Assembly (NCBI GenBank): GCA_030429545.1
Contig: JAUIFF010000001.1
Coordinates: 275,599 to 339,598 of the forward strand
Source: Polyangia bacterium
GTDB taxonomy: Bacteria > Myxococcota_A > Polyangia > Nannocystales > Nannocystaceae
Length of the DNA stretch: 64,000 nucleotides
Direction: 5' to 3'
Within the stretch, counting starts at the first letter, position 1. Every line of letters starts with the position of its first letter. The notes beneath the pieces are model-generated. The model was not told the DNA's origin. It did no database searches and worked only from the letters and a program-made list of their open reading frames with translations. The position numbers and the translations under genes are program-made. Shown here piece by piece: positions 10,103 through 20,390 of this stretch.

Positions 10103-10645
10103 CTAGTGTCGCCGAGACTGTCGCCGCAAAAACGACGACCCGGCGCGGGTGATCTTGAATCGCCGCTTGGTTCCACTGCCTTCGATATGGATGAGACCAC
10201 GGGTTTTTAGGTGCCTACACAACAGTCGTTGTTGTTCCGAAGTGAGGCCAGTGACCTGAAGCAACTCGGATTCGCGGCGCCCCGCTTTTTGCCGGGTGAG
10301 GGCTTTGAGGATCTTGAGATCCCCACCGGGAACATCGGCGCGACGACGGATGACCTTGGGGCCTGTATCGAGGTCCATGACCGGATTCCCGTCGTCGTCA
10401 TAGTAGACGTTGTCGGGCTCCGAAGTCTCGGGCTCTGGTGCATACACCGGGCGGGAAATGACCAAATCGATCAAGTCCTGAACTGTCGTCAGATGGAGCG
10501 CAGGGGCCATCTGCGGGTGTTGGCGGGCCGCGTCGATAAGCTCGCCTAATGAAGTTGTATCGGGAAGCGTCAGGATTACTTCGCGCATGATTTGGCGAAG
10601 CGATTCGTTCCAGACGCCGTCTACCTGTCCATCCATACTTTCCAC
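10103..10645 (-). CDS. Hypothetical protein with C-terminal winged-helix-like region
   Basis: 180-aa ORF. The C-terminus LKALTRQKAGRRESELLQVTGLTSEQQRLLCRHLKTRGLIHIEG resembles a wHTH. A stem-loop (GGGCCTCGAC...GTCGAAGCCC, 10053-10081) lies just downstream on the minus strand. Confidence 0.45.
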   Translation of the reverse strand: MESMDGQVDGVWNESLRQIMREVILTLPDTTSLGELIDAARQHPQMAPALHLTTVQDLIDLVISRPVYAPEPETSEPDNVYYDDDGNPVMDLDTGPKVIRRRADVPGGDLKILKALTRQKAGRRESELLQVTGLTSEQQRLLCRHLKTRGLIHIEGSGTKRRFKITRAGSSFLRRQSRRH

Positions 10646-11041
10646 GGAAGAACCTTGGTGAGTAACTGTCGGTTTAGTGGAGAAGCGTGCAAGCCGTTAG
10701 AAAACTGCACAGCCAAACCACCGGTTTTCAATTGTCATTGCAATGTTGCAGGCGTGAAGTGTCCCTGTCAACCCCAATGCCGGGTTCTGATGCGAAAAAA
10801 CCAAAATAAGTCGGCCGGTGTTGCGACACCAAATTTAGATACGTTAGTAATTTAGGTTGTTTAGACCTCTCGGTTGTGATTTTTGGATGTCTGAAGGGAC
10901 ATGTTTTTAGGCATTGGCCACCCGATCGATAGGGCCGCGATCTTGTGTGCGTGAGGGGACTCGAGTCTCGGTTGTCGGAAGTCTCGCGTATCGGTCTAAC
11001 CGCTAGTTGACACGCATGGGTCGGCCGGGCAGGAAGGCGCC

Positions 11042-14000
11042 GTGCCTGTCTTCCGGTTCGAGATCGAAACCCATCCCGACCTCACCCGCGGACATTCGCC
11101 CGGCGAGGCGAAACGCGAAATGCTGCCCCAGGTCGACGCTCGCGGGGCGGCACTCGGGCGCCGGTTGCAGGCTCACCTAGGCCTGCAGGCAACGGATATC
11201 CGCAGCCGTAGCGTGTACCTGTGTGCACTCGAAGATGTCACGCAGGGCGAAGCCGCGGACATCCTCAGGGCGCTTGTCGATCCGGTGCTCGAGCACGGAA
11301 CGGTGGGCATGCTGCCCGATCAGCCCGACGGCGCCGATGCTCCCGAGGTTGTCGAGATTGGCCTGCGCCCGGGTGTCACCGACAGTGTCGGTCGAAGCGT
11401 GTTGCGGGCCGCCGAGGACTGCCTGGGTCGCTCGCTCACCGGCACGGTTTACACCGCCACGATCTACCGGGTTTGGGGGTTGTCCCGCGAGCAGCTGTCC
11501 TCGGCAGCCGCCAAACTGCTTTACAACCCGCTGATCGAGACATTGCAGATACACGATCTCCCCCGGCGTTTGAGCCTGACCGTGCCGCGAGCTGGGCAGT
11601 CGCAGGTGCCTCCCGTGGCGACGGTGCCGGTGCGAGGGATGGACGACGAAGCGCTGCTACAGCTGTCCCAGCGTGGGATGCTGGCCCTCAATCTGCACGA
11701 GATGAAGGCGATCGCCGCACACTTTGCAGGCCTCGGGCGCGACCCAACCGACGCCGAGCTCGAGTGCCTGGCACAGACGTGGAGCGAACATTGCAAACAC
11801 AAGATCTTTGCTTCGCCGATCTTCTATACCGACCCCGCCGGCAACACTCGGGTGATCAAGCGGGGTTTGTTTCGCACCCATATTCGCGGGGCAACCGAAG
11901 CCATTGCCGAGGTGCGCACGGCCCAGGGCGTCGATCCTGAAGATGCCCCATTCTTGGTTTCGGTGTTTCACGACAACGCCGGGGTGGTGCGCCTGAGTGA
12001 AGCGGACCACCTCGTCTACAAGGTCGAAACCCACAACTCCCCGTCGGCGCTCGACCCCTACGGCGGCGCCATGACGGGGATTGTCGGGGTTAACCGCGAC
12101 AGCCTTGGCACGGGCCTAGGTGCCGACCTGCTGACCAACGTGTGGGGCTATTGCCTCGGGCCACCCGACCACGACCAGCCCCTGCCACCCGGCTTGATGC
12201 ACCCCAGCCGGATTCGCGAAGGTGTACATGCAGGTGTTATCGACGGCGGTAACCAGTCGGGGATCCCCTATAGCCGCGGGTTTGAGTTGTTTGACACGCG
12301 CTACCTCGGCAAGCCGTTGGTTTATTGCGGGACGGTAGCTGTGATGCCGGTGCAAAGCGCTGGACAACCGACCCACGAAAAGCGCACCAAAGTTGGCGAC
12401 CGCGTGGTGATGCTCGGTGGGCGGATCGGCAAGGACGGGATCCACGGTGCAACATTTTCGAGTGTCGAGCTCGATGAAGACTCGCCCGTCCAAGCCGTGC
12501 AAATCGGCGACCCGATCACGCAAAAGATGATGGCGGACTTTTTGCTCGAAGCCCGCGATCGAGGGCTGTACTCGGGGATTACCGACAACGGGGCAGGGGG
12601 GCTGTCGAGCAGCGTCGGGGAGATGGCCGAAGCGACAGGTGGTGCCCACATCGACCTCGCCAAGGCGCCGCTCAAATACCCGGGCCTGGCCCCCTGGGAG
12701 ATCCTGATTTCCGAGGCGCAGGAGCGCATGAGCGTGGCCGTGCCGCCCGAACACCTCGAAGCGTTTATGGCGCTCGCCCGGGCCCGCGAAGTCGAGGCGA
12801 CCGACCTGGGTTGTTTTACCGACAGCGGGCGATTTGTTGTCGATTACGGGCAGACCCGGGTGGTCGACCTCACCCTCGAGTTTCTCCACAACGGGGTGCC
12901 CCTTGGCGAGCTACAAGCGGTTTGGCAACCGCCGACGCGCGCGTTGACCAACCCCGAACAAGTTGCAAGTGCATCGAGTGCCAACGCTCTGGTCGACGAA
13001 CTGCGCACGCTGCTCACAAGTCACAACTTTGCCTCCCACGAGCAACTCGCGCGCCACTACGACCACGAGGTCAAGGGCCTGAGTGTGGTCAAGCCGCTCA
13101 TTGGCGTGCATCGGGATATTCCGTCGACGGCCACGGTAATGCGGGTTCGTCACCATCGTCACGAGGGCGTGGTGTTGGCCGAGGGGATTCACCCCCACTA
13201 CAGCGACATCGACACCTACGCCATGGCGACGGCTGCGGTCGACGAGGGCGTGCGCCGGGTGCTGTGCGCCGGAGCTCGCCTCGATCGCCTGAGCGCGCTC
13301 GACAATTTTTGCTGGCCCGATCCGATTGTATCTGCAAAAAATCCTGATGGCGCGCACAAGCTCGCCCAGCTAGTTCGCGCCTGCGAGGGGCTGCGTGATG
13401 CCTGCGAGACCTACGGGGCTCCGCTTATCAGCGGCAAGGACTCGATGAAAAACGATGCCTACCTCGGTGGCGTCAAAATCTCGATCCCGCCAACTCTGTT
13501 GATCAGTGTGATGGGTCAGATGCCGGATGTGCGAAAGGCCCTCGAGCTTGCGCCACTGTGTGTCGGCGACGATATCTACGTGGTCGGTGAGACCCGGGAC
13601 GAACTCGGTGCCTCGCAGTGGGCGAGGTTGCACGGTTGGGAACTCGACAGTGTGCCGCGGACCGACCTCGTTCCTTGTATGTCCAGGTATCGCGCATTTG
13701 TCCGTGCCCGCGATGCCGGACGTGTGCGCAGCGCCCATGTGACCAGTCGTGGCGGCCTGGCGGTAGCCTTCGCCCACATGGCCATGGCCAGCGGGCTGCA
13801 GCTCGAGATCGACGTCGACGGCAGTCGGGGACAGCTTTCGCCGGGGGCCTGGCTGTTTTCCGAGTCGACCGGACGGTTTGTCATGACCGCCGGGCAGGAG
13901 CACCGCGACGGGCTCAGACGACACCTCGGGGCCCATGGGCTCATCCGCGTTGGCAGTGTCGTGGCCGGTCCAGGTGGGCTGTCGCTGCAAACGAATGCAG

Positions 14001-14074
14001 GTACATCGATGTTGACCAGCGAGCAGCTACGCACCTGGTTTCACGCCCGCGAGGAGGGCCGTCATGCAAACTGA
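11042..14074 (+). CDS. purL: Phosphoribosylformylglycinamidine (FGAM) synthase, PurL (with an N-terminal PurS-like segment)
   Basis: 1010 aa. AIR-synthase-related domains are present (GGAMTGIVGVNRDSLGTGLGADL, DNGAGGLSSSVGEMAEA...). It is immediately followed by, and overlaps, purQ. GTG start. Confidence 0.9.
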   Translation: MPVFRFEIETHPDLTRGHSPGEAKREMLPQVDARGAALGRRLQAHLGLQATDIRSRSVYLCALEDVTQGEAADILRALVDPVLEHGTVGMLPDQPDGADAPEVVEIGLRPGVTDSVGRSVLRAAEDCLGRSLTGTVYTATIYRVWGLSREQLSSAAAKLLYNPLIETLQIHDLPRRLSLTVPRAGQSQVPPVATVPVRGMDDEALLQLSQRGMLALNLHEMKAIAAHFAGLGRDPTDAELECLAQTWSEHCKHKIFASPIFYTDPAGNTRVIKRGLFRTHIRGATEAIAEVRTAQGVDPEDAPFLVSVFHDNAGVVRLSEADHLVYKVETHNSPSALDPYGGAMTGIVGVNRDSLGTGLGADLLTNVWGYCLGPPDHDQPLPPGLMHPSRIREGVHAGVIDGGNQSGIPYSRGFELFDTRYLGKPLVYCGTVAVMPVQSAGQPTHEKRTKVGDRVVMLGGRIGKDGIHGATFSSVELDEDSPVQAVQIGDPITQKMMADFLLEARDRGLYSGITDNGAGGLSSSVGEMAEATGGAHIDLAKAPLKYPGLAPWEILISEAQERMSVAVPPEHLEAFMALARAREVEATDLGCFTDSGRFVVDYGQTRVVDLTLEFLHNGVPLGELQAVWQPPTRALTNPEQVASASSANALVDELRTLLTSHNFASHEQLARHYDHEVKGLSVVKPLIGVHRDIPSTATVMRVRHHRHEGVVLAEGIHPHYSDIDTYAMATAAVDEGVRRVLCAGARLDRLSALDNFCWPDPIVSAKNPDGAHKLAQLVRACEGLRDACETYGAPLISGKDSMKNDAYLGGVKISIPPTLLISVMGQMPDVRKALELAPLCVGDDIYVVGETRDELGASQWARLHGWELDSVPRTDLVPCMSRYRAFVRARDAGRVRSAHVTSRGGLAVAFAHMAMASGLQLEIDVDGSRGQLSPGAWLFSESTGRFVMTAGQEHRDGLRRHLGAHGLIRVGSVVAGPGGLSLQTNAGTSMLTSEQLRTWFHAREEGRHAN

Positions 14075-14942
14075 GGCGAACACACAGCAACAGGTTCACC
14101 ACGCCCTTGGGATCGACAGCACCCGTGCCCGTGACGTGCGTGTGCTGGTGATGACCGGCTACGGGCTCAACTGCGAGGCCGAGACGCGAGCCGGCTTTGA
14201 AATGGCGGGGGCCCAGGTTTGCGAGCGACATGTCTCAGAGGTCATTAGTGCGGGCCGCCAGGCGTTTACCGGATTCGAGATCGTCGCCTGCATCGGCGGG
14301 TTTTCGTTTGGCGATCACATCGCCAGCGGCCGTGTATATGCAAACCGTTTGCGGGGTCAGCTCGGAGACAGCTTGGCCACGTTTGTCGACGACGGTGGGT
14401 TGGTAATTGGCATCTGCAACGGGTTTCAAACCCTCGTCAAACTCGGTCTTTTGCCGGGAGTTGGCCGCAAAGGTCCAAAACTGGCACCACAAACGGTTTC
14501 GTTGGCGCACAACGAGCGCTTGGGCTATCGCAACAGCTGGGTGCGCCTGCGGTTTGCCACGCAAAGCCCATGCCAATGGACGCGTCACCTCGCGGGTGAG
14601 TTGCTGGAGATGCCGAGCCGACACGGAGAGGGCAAGTTGGTGTGGGGACCCGAGGTCGGCTCCGCGATCGAGGCTGGGCAGCTAGTGCCGGTCCGCTATG
14701 TCGATCACAACAACCAACCCACTGAAAGCTGGCCGGCCAATCCCAACGGTTCCCCGGCGGGAGCGGCTGGCCTGTGCGACCCCAGTGGTCGTGTGTTCGG
14801 CATCATGCCGCACCCCGAGGCCTATATTTACCCCGAGGCCCACCCGGATTGGCAGCGCCAACGCGCGACCGGGAGTTTGCCGAGCTACGGGCTCGGGTTG
14901 CGGGTGTTGGCCGGTGGTGTGCGGGCGGCCTATAGCGGCTAG
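14064..14942 (+). CDS. purQ: FGAM synthase glutamine amidotransferase subunit PurQ
   Basis: VLVMTGYGLNCEAETRAGFEMAGA...GICNGFQ...HPE: a class I glutamine amidotransferase triad. It overlaps the purL stop. Confidence 0.9.
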   Translation: MQTEANTQQQVHHALGIDSTRARDVRVLVMTGYGLNCEAETRAGFEMAGAQVCERHVSEVISAGRQAFTGFEIVACIGGFSFGDHIASGRVYANRLRGQLGDSLATFVDDGGLVIGICNGFQTLVKLGLLPGVGRKGPKLAPQTVSLAHNERLGYRNSWVRLRFATQSPCQWTRHLAGELLEMPSRHGEGKLVWGPEVGSAIEAGQLVPVRYVDHNNQPTESWPANPNGSPAGAAGLCDPSGRVFGIMPHPEAYIYPEAHPDWQRQRATGSLPSYGLGLRVLAGGVRAAYSG

Positions 14943-15022
14943 GCGTGGGTGACACGTCGGCGTGGGCAACTGGCATCGCAAAACATGCTTATGCATGATT
15001 GTTGCGGTGCCGGGGCACCTGT

Positions 15023-15850
15023 TCAATCCGCGAAGAACTCGGCCAGCAACTCGCCGACCTCGGCACCACGCTCTTCTTGCAAGAAGTGTCCGCAGTCGGC
15101 AAAACGCGTGGTCTCGGTTTGCGGCAGGTCGCGTTTTACCTGTGACATGGTCTTTTCGACATCTGGCAAAATTCGGTCGCGGGCGCCGTAGATCACCCGG
15201 ACCGGACCCTGGAAACTCGGCAGGCGTTTGGCAATTTCTCGGATCCCGCCCGGATGCAGCGAATGCCCGGTTTTTAGCAGCACCCGGCGGGCGGCCTTGC
15301 TTGTAAATGGTTGTTGGTAGCCACGGATCGTCTCGTCACTGAGTCGGCTCGGGTCGGCCACGCCGAGTTTGAGCGCCTTGGCGAGGCCCCACTGGCTCGT
15401 CAGTAGGGTGCGCAGGCCTGGGATGTAGGTCGCCACAACAAAAGCCGCGAGCGCCCACGTGACGCGCGGATAGGCCAGGGTGTTGAGGAGCGCGAGCTTG
15501 CGAACCTTGGCTTGATTGCGCAGCCCCCAATACAGGCCGACCGGCCCGCCTAGGTCGTGGACAGCCAAACCGACATCTTCGAGTTCGAGTTCTTCGAGCA
15601 GCCCGTTGAGGATCCGTTCGTAAAAACGAAAGCTGTAGCTGGCAGCAAGTGGCTTGTCTGAGGCGCCAAAACCCGGCAGGTCGAGCGCGATCACGCGGTT
15701 TTTTTTGGCGATGGCCGGCATCGTAGCGCGCCACAGCAGCGACGATGTCGGCCAACCGTGAAGTAGCAATACCGCTGGCCCTGAGCCCGCACTGAGGTAG
15801 TGGAGGTTGAGCCCGTCAACCTGGACGTGTTCGCTCGTGACTGTCGACAT
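15023..15850 (-). CDS. Alpha/beta-fold hydrolase (haloalkane dehalogenase/epoxide hydrolase-like)
   Basis: LLLHGWPTSSLLWR...DLPGFGASDKP, and HDLGGPVG as the nucleophile elbow. Confidence 0.85.
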   Translation of the reverse strand: MSTVTSEHVQVDGLNLHYLSAGSGPAVLLLHGWPTSSLLWRATMPAIAKKNRVIALDLPGFGASDKPLAASYSFRFYERILNGLLEELELEDVGLAVHDLGGPVGLYWGLRNQAKVRKLALLNTLAYPRVTWALAAFVVATYIPGLRTLLTSQWGLAKALKLGVADPSRLSDETIRGYQQPFTSKAARRVLLKTGHSLHPGGIREIAKRLPSFQGPVRVIYGARDRILPDVEKTMSQVKRDLPQTETTRFADCGHFLQEERGAEVGELLAEFFAD

Positions 15851-15894
15851 CGGGCCGAAGACTACGGCATGCGAGCGCGCGAGCGCTACTGCGA

Positions 15895-16974
15895 TTGCGC
15901 CGCTGGGAGTCAGGCGATAGCCTTTGGCTGGTGGATGAAAAGTCGATCAATCTCAACGCAGACGATCGGTTTGTCCCCACCCACATCCTGCGTGCGGCCT
16001 ACCTTCGCTACGAGGACAGTCGCAATCCAAGGGCGCGGCCGTTTGTCGCGTTTCCCGAGCGTGGGTACGAGCTAGGGATCGTCAAGAGTCAGGTTCCCGA
16101 ACTTGCCCGCGGGGTGTCTTCGTTGCTCAGTTGCTCGCTCGAGGACGCCAAAAACAGCCGTGGCGGGCACCTGCCAGATCGGGTTGTTGAACGCGTGCAG
16201 CGGGAAATCATCTCGCCCGATGGTGTGGCCAACCTGTGGGGGACATTTGGCCATCGGTTTGTACTTTCACAACAATTTGATGATACAACGAGTGAGTTGC
16301 TGGCGACCATCCTCGTGGCTCGGCGCAAGGGCACCGTGTTCTTTTTTACCGGTCGCTACAACAACATTCGCCACTCGACGATCACCTCTCGAATCGACTT
16401 TGAGCAACCAGTGGCAGACGATCCGAGCAAGCGGTGGTTTGACCTGTTTGCATTCCCCGCGCCCGAGCGTTTCAAGCCCCGGGCCTATCACCATATCGCC
16501 AACTTTGTGGTCGCCAAGCAACACCGTGGGCAGGGGCTTTCACGGTTTTTGCTCGACGCCATCTTGCACAAGTACGCCCGCGACTACATCGAACAGCAGG
16601 GCTTGCCGATCGAGCACGCCCAATACTTGCTGTGTGGCCGTGGCTTTTGGCAGATAGGTGACCCCCCGTGGCTCACCCGGATGCAGCGCCTGGGATTTTA
16701 TCTGCGGTGGGGGGCGGAGAGTTTCTTTTTGGAACCCGACTGGGCCCCGTTACCGCCGATCTACCGCGATGGTGTCGCGATCTCGAACCTCGAGTACAAC
16801 CGCTCGTTTGGCTTGCCAGAGATGTATCAGCAACAATCCCGGGTGCGTGAGCAGCTGGCCAAACCCCAGGCAGCCGACATCCACATTTTTGAGCGGCTGC
16901 CCGAGGTTGTGACGCTCGCTCAAAATCCGCGGGCAAAACTCCAGTACTTCCAGACCATGTTTGACTTCGTATGA
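15895..16974 (+). CDS. Hypothetical protein, possible GNAT-like acyltransferase domain
   Basis: VVAKQHRGQGLSRFLLDAILHKYA resembles the GNAT acetyl-CoA-binding motif (Q/RxxGxG/A). The start is uncertain. Confidence 0.35.
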   Translation: MRRWESGDSLWLVDEKSINLNADDRFVPTHILRAAYLRYEDSRNPRARPFVAFPERGYELGIVKSQVPELARGVSSLLSCSLEDAKNSRGGHLPDRVVERVQREIISPDGVANLWGTFGHRFVLSQQFDDTTSELLATILVARRKGTVFFFTGRYNNIRHSTITSRIDFEQPVADDPSKRWFDLFAFPAPERFKPRAYHHIANFVVAKQHRGQGLSRFLLDAILHKYARDYIEQQGLPIEHAQYLLCGRGFWQIGDPPWLTRMQRLGFYLRWGAESFFLEPDWAPLPPIYRDGVAISNLEYNRSFGLPEMYQQQSRVREQLAKPQAADIHIFERLPEVVTLAQNPRAKLQYFQTMFDFV

Positions 16975-17837
16975 GTCTCAACTACCGCAACCGTACGCAC
17001 TCGATAGCGAGCCAAACCGTGGCCCGGTTTACCGGCGAGGGGGCCTACCACGGGTCGACCAAACCCCGCCCACGAGCGGCCAAACCGGCAGCTGCCACTG
17101 TTTTGGTGGACGAGGTCCGGCCGCGGACGATCGAGCGCTACGTCGCAAACGGTCAACGCGAGATCGGGACATTTTGCGCGCGGTTTGCAAACCGCTGTGA
17201 TGTCTTGGCCCAGCTTCCCGTGCCAACCCAGGCGCAGGTTCAGGGGGAGTCGGTGACGTTTTGCTGGTGCCCCTACGCGACGGCCGTACGCCTCGCTGGG
17301 CCACTGACAAAACGTGTCCTCGAGGCCATGAGTCCGTTTTTAAATGGCGAGAAAGCATATACATATATCGACACCAAGGTGCAGTATTTCGAGCCTGGCG
17401 ATTTGCCGGTCGACAGCCAGCTGTGGCATGTCGATGGCAGCATTGCCGTGCGTGACCAACGGGCCGTCGACCTCGGACACTCGCTCCTGCACGATATGCG
17501 CGCCCGCGTGCACGGAGATTCCTCGCCGACCTACCTCTCATACCAGTCGTCGCACCACTGCGCCACGCGATTTGTCGCCCAGCCATTGAGCATACAACTA
17601 CCCGAGCTCATCCCAAATTTTGACGGCCTCGACCAGGCAGTCCGCCAACATCGCCCAACGGTGATGTCCCAGCCCGCGGCCTCGATCGTTGGGTTTGACG
17701 GACTTTCGCTACACCGGGCGACACCGGCGACAGCAGCTGGCTGGCGGCTGTGGGTCCGGTGCATCGAAACCGATCGCCGGGTCGAGCTCAACTCGTCGAT
17801 CATCGACTGTTACGGCACCGTGTTTCGACCAAGCTAA
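16971..17837 (+). CDS. Hypothetical protein
   Basis: 288-aa ORF overlapping the previous gene by 4 bp. Its 3' end runs into the first copy of a 72-74 bp tandem repeat. Confidence 0.4.
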   Translation: MSLNYRNRTHSIASQTVARFTGEGAYHGSTKPRPRAAKPAAATVLVDEVRPRTIERYVANGQREIGTFCARFANRCDVLAQLPVPTQAQVQGESVTFCWCPYATAVRLAGPLTKRVLEAMSPFLNGEKAYTYIDTKVQYFEPGDLPVDSQLWHVDGSIAVRDQRAVDLGHSLLHDMRARVHGDSSPTYLSYQSSHHCATRFVAQPLSIQLPELIPNFDGLDQAVRQHRPTVMSQPAASIVGFDGLSLHRATPATAAGWRLWVRCIETDRRVELNSSIIDCYGTVFRPS

Positions 17838-18013
17838 CAGTCTGTGCGCGACGCGCTGGTCCTACACAACGGTCATCGACTGTTTCGGCACCGTGTTTCG
17901 ACCAAGCTAACAATCTGCGCGACGCGCTGGTCCTACACAACGATCATCGACGTTGCGGCACCGTGTCTCGACCAACCAACGCTCTGTGAGCGACGCGCTG
18001 GCCCTACACAAAT
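17798..18013. repeat. Direct tandem repeat, three copies of a ~72-74 bp unit
   Basis: Copy A is 17798-17871, copy B 17872-17942 and copy C 17943-~18013 (more diverged). The unit is gatcatcgactgtt(a/t)cggcaccgtgtttcgaccaagctaaca(g/a)tctg(tg)cgcgacgcgctggtcctacacaacg. It lies between the 16971 and 18020 genes. Confidence 0.8.
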
Positions 18014-18019
18014 CCGGCG

Positions 18020-19867
18020 TTGTCTAGGCTAGGGCCCTCGAGCATGATGCTGGTGATGGCGAACGCTGCCGAACCCATTGCCCTGGCGACAGCCGAACTT
18101 GGCCCTGAACTTGTGGATACACTTGTCGCTGAGCTTGCCCGTGCGCATACATGTTGTGAGCATCCCCTGCAGCCACAGCAGCACCGCCACCGCTATCGCG
18201 TGGTCGAGGCCGGCGGGGGCCTTCAACTACTTGTGGGCGAACAACCGAACGGAGGGATGTGGCGAGCGCAACGGCTGGCCGATGAGGCGGTGGCATTGGT
18301 TTGGTTGTGGAACCGGAACAAGCCTGCGGCCGGCGAGCTGCTGACAGCGATTGAACCGCTGCTGCAAGCCAGCGATCCGGAACTCGACAACTGGCCGCCC
18401 GGCAGCCTGGGTGAGGCTCTGCGCGAACAGGCGTTTTGTGGCCAGCGAGTGGAGCACACGTTTGGCACCCTTGAAATCACCGACACGGCGGTTCGCACAA
18501 TCCGGCATCCTCAAAAGCGTCGGGCCTGTGGCTGGCTCGCCATTGCCCTCAAACTGACAACCGCCGACACCTGCCTCGAGTTTGTGTTGCACACCCACGA
18601 GCTGGATTGTTGGTCGCTACGAGCTCCGGCCGAGTATGCGGCACGGACCGGGTGGGGACGGGCGCTGCAACAACTACTGGGCCAGCTAGCGGAGGAGCTT
18701 CGGTTGTTGAGCTCTGAGCAAACGACCGTTGTTTCGCACCTCCTAGACGCCTTGATGCCGCCCGTGTTCCCGGGGACATTGGCCGCGTGGTTCGCGGGTG
18801 CGCTGCCCGAGGACAGCCAACTCGTGGCCCGTGCGCAACACGGACAACAGATCGTGGAGCTCGAGTTGCACGCAGGCACTGTCGAACAAAACTTTTTGCG
18901 CTTTGGGGTGGTCTCGGCAGCCATGCGAGTCGTTGTTCGCAAACTCGACCAAACCATCGAGAACCTGTTTGAACGGCGGGTTTGGCTCGGTGCGCTCGAC
19001 CCAGCAACCTGGGCTCAAAGCTTGGATGCGCCGGCCCTGCAACAGGTAGGTCGCGCATTCGAAATCTGGCAAACAGCGGCCCAACAGCGTCTCAAAAAGT
19101 TGTTGATACACTCAAGTGAGGTGCAGACGTGGTGGCAAGGGAGCCTCCCTGGCTGTGCGCTAGCCAAGATGTGTGTAACTTGGGCAGCCGAAGGTCCGCC
19201 GGGACCGCGGCCAATGCCGATCGACCTCGCAGCTGCGCTGGCGCGCAGTCGGGGGAAGTTACATCGCGTCGACGAGGATGGGGTGGCCCATCTGCGCAGC
19301 CGCATAGAGCACCACGCAGTGCTCGCCTATAAAATTGGAGTATGGACAATAATCTTGGGCCCATACCTTCCGCGGTTGAACCCAGGGGTGTTTTTTGAGG
19401 ATCAAATCCTCGTGATGCGTGACGGGGAACCGCCTGTGGTCGTGTTGATGTCTGACCCGTGGAATGCTCCGATTTGCTTTACAGTCGATGGCGATGCGCA
19501 CCTGTACCGGGCGTTTGCTGTGTGGCTTGCAACCGCTTTGCGCCAACACGGGCTCGACACCGTGCTCAAGTTTATCGACGAAGACGAGGCCGACGAAGAC
19601 GAACTCCCATCGCGGATTGAGTTGCCAGTGAGTCGGTGGTTGATGTTTGGCGATCGCTGGCGCGAGGATGTCGAACACGATGAGTTGATCGATTGGCGGC
19701 TGCAACGGGACATCGTCGTCGGCGGGCAACCGTTTTGGCGATGTGGGATCTACGGGCACAGCGATGAGCAGCAGCAAGCCTTTGCCCGTGGGGTTGCGAC
19801 CTGGCACCAATTTGTGCGCGAGGTGCTCGATCCCAACTTCAAATTAGTTGTTCATACAAATGAGTGA
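18020..19867 (+). CDS. Hypothetical protein (615 aa)
   Basis: Long ORF with coding-like composition. No recognisable motifs. Confidence 0.45.
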   Translation: MSRLGPSSMMLVMANAAEPIALATAELGPELVDTLVAELARAHTCCEHPLQPQQHRHRYRVVEAGGGLQLLVGEQPNGGMWRAQRLADEAVALVWLWNRNKPAAGELLTAIEPLLQASDPELDNWPPGSLGEALREQAFCGQRVEHTFGTLEITDTAVRTIRHPQKRRACGWLAIALKLTTADTCLEFVLHTHELDCWSLRAPAEYAARTGWGRALQQLLGQLAEELRLLSSEQTTVVSHLLDALMPPVFPGTLAAWFAGALPEDSQLVARAQHGQQIVELELHAGTVEQNFLRFGVVSAAMRVVVRKLDQTIENLFERRVWLGALDPATWAQSLDAPALQQVGRAFEIWQTAAQQRLKKLLIHSSEVQTWWQGSLPGCALAKMCVTWAAEGPPGPRPMPIDLAAALARSRGKLHRVDEDGVAHLRSRIEHHAVLAYKIGVWTIILGPYLPRLNPGVFFEDQILVMRDGEPPVVVLMSDPWNAPICFTVDGDAHLYRAFAVWLATALRQHGLDTVLKFIDEDEADEDELPSRIELPVSRWLMFGDRWREDVEHDELIDWRLQRDIVVGGQPFWRCGIYGHSDEQQQAFARGVATWHQFVREVLDPNFKLVVHTNE

Positions 19868-19871
19868 CCCG

Positions 19872-20183
19872 TTACTGCGGGCCGTTGACCGAGAGTTCAA
19901 ACGAGCGAGCAATGACCCCGGCCGCGACGTCGCGTGGAGCCGGGTCGGTCGGGCAAAATGTCGTGTCGGTACACCCGTCCATCAGCCCGCGGGCCCACAT
20001 ATAGTGGACACCAGCCGATGTTGCAGTTGTGGTCGCAGTTGTTGCCGTTGTGAAGGTATCGCTCGAGGTTCCTTCGGAGTCGGAGCATCCCGCGGCAACA
20101 ACGAGTGCGACACCAAGGGTCGTATGCGAAAGTCGGTTTCCAACGCGAATAAAGGCCATCGACTGAGGGTACCGGGTCGGCAA
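19872..20183 (-). CDS. Small putative lipoprotein
   Basis: LGVALVVAAGCSD lipobox followed by a Thr/Ala-rich stretch. The opposite-strand ORF 19848..20228 looks spurious. Confidence 0.4.
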   Translation of the reverse strand: MPTRYPQSMAFIRVGNRLSHTTLGVALVVAAGCSDSEGTSSDTFTTATTATTTATSAGVHYMWARGLMDGCTDTTFCPTDPAPRDVAAGVIARSFELSVNGPQ

Positions 20184-20390
20184 CCCATGGTGAAGTCATG
20201 GCCGCGCATGTGGGCAAAACCACCCTAAGATGTTCTAGTTTTTAGATGTTCTAAGAGTCATGTTTTGTCCGAGGAGGTGGGTGTATTGGCAACTCGTCAG
20301 ACGATGTGGGCTGGATAAAGCCGGTGCTCTTGCCGGTTGCGAGAGCGGAGTTGATCGTCCGCTGTCGTCGTTTTTTTAACGTGCCTCGTG

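Noticed and set aside
10592-10855. 87-aa ORF in the intergenic region upstream of purL
   Set aside because: It lies in an AT-rich intergenic stretch. The Cys-rich translation (CHCNVAGVKCPCQPQC) looks like low-complexity chance, and it overlaps the 5' end of the minus-strand gene 10103-10645. No ribosome-binding context is evident.
10860-11041. Possible purine/ZTP riboswitch in the leader of purL
   Set aside because: A structured leader is plausible for a pur gene, and there is a CCGGGC element. However, I could not recognise the ZTP (pfl) or purine riboswitch consensus by eye. It needs an Rfam/Infernal scan before any claim.
17798-18013. Tandem repeat considered as a CRISPR array
   Set aside because: The units are contiguous with no unique spacers, and the unit length (~72 bp) is outside the CRISPR repeat range. 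No cas genes are nearby.
19848-20228. 126-aa plus-strand ORF overlapping the small minus-strand lipoprotein gene
   Set aside because: The minus-strand reading has a clean lipoprotein signal (LVVAAGC). The plus-strand product is Arg/Cys-rich without features.
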